DNA of 64,000 nt from Squalus acanthias (taxonomy: Eukaryota). Below the pieces are notes generated by a model. The model made no database searches. It was not told the DNA's origin and saw only the letters and a program-made list of their open reading frames with translations. The translations under genes and the position numbers were made by a program. Position 1 is the first letter of the stretch. Each line of letters opens with the position of its first letter. Below are positions 61,116-64,000 of this stretch, one piece after another. The stretch is from contig CM059431.1 in the NCBI GenBank assembly GCA_030390025.1, positions 115,446,001-115,510,000 of the forward strand, written 5' to 3'.

Positions 61116-64000
61116 TAAAATAAACAATTTGGAAATTGTATCCAATACTTAAAAGTGGATTCAAAGATGGGTGCAGATTTTAGAATTACTGAAATGTTCT
61201 TACTGGATAAAAGATGATGTAAATTTGCAAAATATTACAGGGAACGGATTAAGGTCTTTAAAGTATGTTACTTTGTACGAAACCAGTTCAATCTAGTGTG
61301 CCATAACTGTGGACGCACATAAAATATTCAAAAGATTCCTCATGGAGCAGGAGGAGTATTGACTCAGCGTAAAAGCAAGAGGGAGGTAAATGAAAAGAAT
61401 TCAAAGTAAAAGTTAAGAGACAAAAAATCCAGGTACAGAATAACAAGACTTTGGTAATGGGCTGAATGGGACAGGCAGCTGCATTTTCCAATTCTCACTT
61501 GTTATGTTATTACTTTATCAGTTAGGCCACGCATAATCTAATTTATCTTACAATACATGTGTTCTCATCAGAGAGAGAACAGAAGCCTTTGGTACCTTAA
61601 TCCCTTGTTTAAACTGACTTCTGGTGAATCCATGTGGGTGGGTTGAGTGGAGTTCTCTCTTTTATTCTGTTGACTGTTAGCTAGTTAGGGTAGCTCTGCA
61701 GATTCAATAGATGTTTTAGTGCACTTACACTCTGTTTATATATGCATGTGAAACACTTTTAATATTACTCATCAGAGGTAGCATTTTGTGTTTCTTGTAC
61801 ACAGTGGGCAGAATAAAGGGTGGGTGGATCAGCATAGATGCAATCATAAGTCAACTGACTGTTTATATTGCATGGCCTCCAAATCAAATTGATATATTTA
61901 AAACTCTGTACCTGACATCTATCATCCTCGCGTTCAATTCCCAGGTAGAGGCATCCAATTCCTGGCTGGCTTCTGGGGTGAGGGGGATCACAAACAACTT
62001 TGAGATGGATGTGCATCCATCTGATGCCTAGTGGCTATCCAGCTCCTGGTATTCTAGAGGGTAGTAGGAGTGAGGGAATGGTATATGTAGTGTCTTGAGG
62101 GGGTGATTTTAACCCTACTCGCTCAGCAGAAACCGGGCGGGTGTGCAGTTAAAATCGCTCTGACTCTTGCCTGTCCAAAAACCGCCATGATCGCAACATC
62201 TGCAATTTTTACCTGCTCTCCTGAGCGGGCAGCAAGGACACGTGCCCGGAGCCAACAGGGTCCTTCTTTACATATGTATGTTGCGGCCCGATGATATCAT
62301 TGAGATCCGACTGTAATTTAATTCAAGCCTGAGTGGGGAATCCACCTGAAGCTAATATCGGATCTGTCCAATCTGCAATTCAATATGTTTACAATTCTTG
62401 CTGAGACTTTCAGTTTCACCTACACAAAGCACCACGAATAAAAACTGCTACCATTTTGATTTGCATGCCATGGTGCTAAAACTCAGACTTTGGATGTGGA
62501 TTCAGAGACCTCAGACATCAGACGTTCTGATTCTAAAAGATATTACTATCTTGAAGTCCAATTTAATCTGAATACTTGTGCCGAACAAAATTAGGAGTGA
62601 AACAGTTGTTCCAACAGCCAAGCAATACAGTAATGTCCATATTAAAATCACCATTCCACATATTATAATCAATTCTCGCCTTAGTTCACGATATTTGTGC
62701 AAGCTCTATGTCTGGGATGTCATTGGCTGAGGGGTGTAAGGGAAAAAGGCTGAAATGCACCTTAGAGTTCAGCAGAATAGGTTTCAGAAGTCTGGGGAGA
62801 AGATAGGAATATTAACCAACGTTTAGCACTACTTTGTGAACTTTCAAAATATTATTCAGCTTTACCTGCAATTAATATTCAATAAATTTTCATCTATAAG
62901 TATTTTGCTCCCACTGAAATAATTGCAGTTTATGGTCATTTATGAAAACACATTCAGCAATGTTTAATGTTAAAATATTGAAATGCAACAATGAACATTC
63001 ATTTTTTCCACTGCACCTTCAGTTAAAGAACAGGCTATTGGCTTATAAAGTAGAAGAAATCATAAAGTTAAACATTAAAATAAAAAGTTTTACACAAAAT
63101 AAGAAAAATGTGAAATGTTCTTCAAAATTTCCTGAATTGAGAAATAAATCAAATTGAAGGACACACAGACACAATTACAATTCCAGTGTCTTTCATAAAC
63201 ATTTAAGCAGTCAATTAAACTGAATGACTGTTTGGATTGTCCTTTGTCGTGCAGAAAGTCAGCGATTACTGCTAGTAATAATATTCATCCTCATTTTAAA
63301 TATGGCTGCTAGCCAGAAAAGCTATTTCTGTTTTTAAGAAGAGTAATGCACTGTCAAATTGTATCTTTTGTATCAGTAGGGAATATGTTAGTATTGAAGG
63401 AGGAAGAACACTTGCTTCTCTTTGCATTATTTGATTTGTTTCACTCGTAAGGATTGTATATAACAGGGGTACAGGTACGAAACTGAGCTCCAAACTTGGT
63501 ATGTTAAATAAATGATACAGTGAGTAACTGTTTGGTATACCATTCATCTACTGAGTAAGTTAGACCACATAACCTTTGATTCACCAAGTCACTCATCGGT
63601 GATGAAGTCCTTTTGTTATTCATGGAATAAACTGTGAATCTTACTCACTCTTTTGAATTGTGTACCTTATTTACACTATAACATTCGGCATAAATTCATG
63701 TACTTTTCTTATCGTACATACTTACTTCATCATAAATCCCATATTTTATGTAATCAATCTTGAGAATAAGTACTAACTTTTTGATTTCCTGATAGTCAAC
63801 TATTGACTATCACTTTAAAAAGTTGAAGTGCCTACACCACAATCATTACTTTGTCAGCATGTTTATCATCATTCTTTGAATTCATTCTCAAGATGTAGCT
63901 GTCACTGGCAAGGCCAAAATTTATTGCAAATCCCCAGTTTCCCTTGAGAAGGTGATGGTGGACCTTGTTCTTGAACCACTGCAGTCCATGTGGTGAAGGT

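Noticed and set aside
61765..62050. Possible exon or ORFs on both strands
   Set aside because: No recognisable protein and no clear pair of splice sites.

Overview
This is eukaryotic, repeat-dominated DNA. The SacSINE/DeuSINE-like SINEs, L2, CR1, RTE and Penelope content suggest a cartilaginous fish (shark-like); that assignment is inference. No host protein-coding gene could be identified. Main contents: (1) an apparently intact autonomous PIF/Harbinger transposon (223-4369) with an open DDE transposase and a convergent 3-exon Myb/SANT-like gene that splices into an open 459-aa ORF. (2) Non-autonomous derivatives of it with 3-bp TSDs, one with its empty pre-insertion site preserved nearby. 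(3) A decayed second Harbinger family (4484-9753) containing a nested hAT element and a MITE, plus many other Harbinger-type MITEs. (4) A ~2.2 kb two-phase G-rich minisatellite inside a MITE. (5) A multi-layer nest at 26960-30579 containing a ~1.5 kb LTR with TGTCATG...CACGACA ends. It resembles a spumaretrovirus/foamy-like solo LTR, with ORF remnants and a ~124-nt double hairpin, and is interrupted by a Penelope element. (6) Two Penelope elements with minimal hammerhead-ribozyme motifs. (7) An RTE LINE with a 5' inversion. (8) A three-segment templated rearrangement at 12823-13402. All calls were made by eye; no database searches were run.
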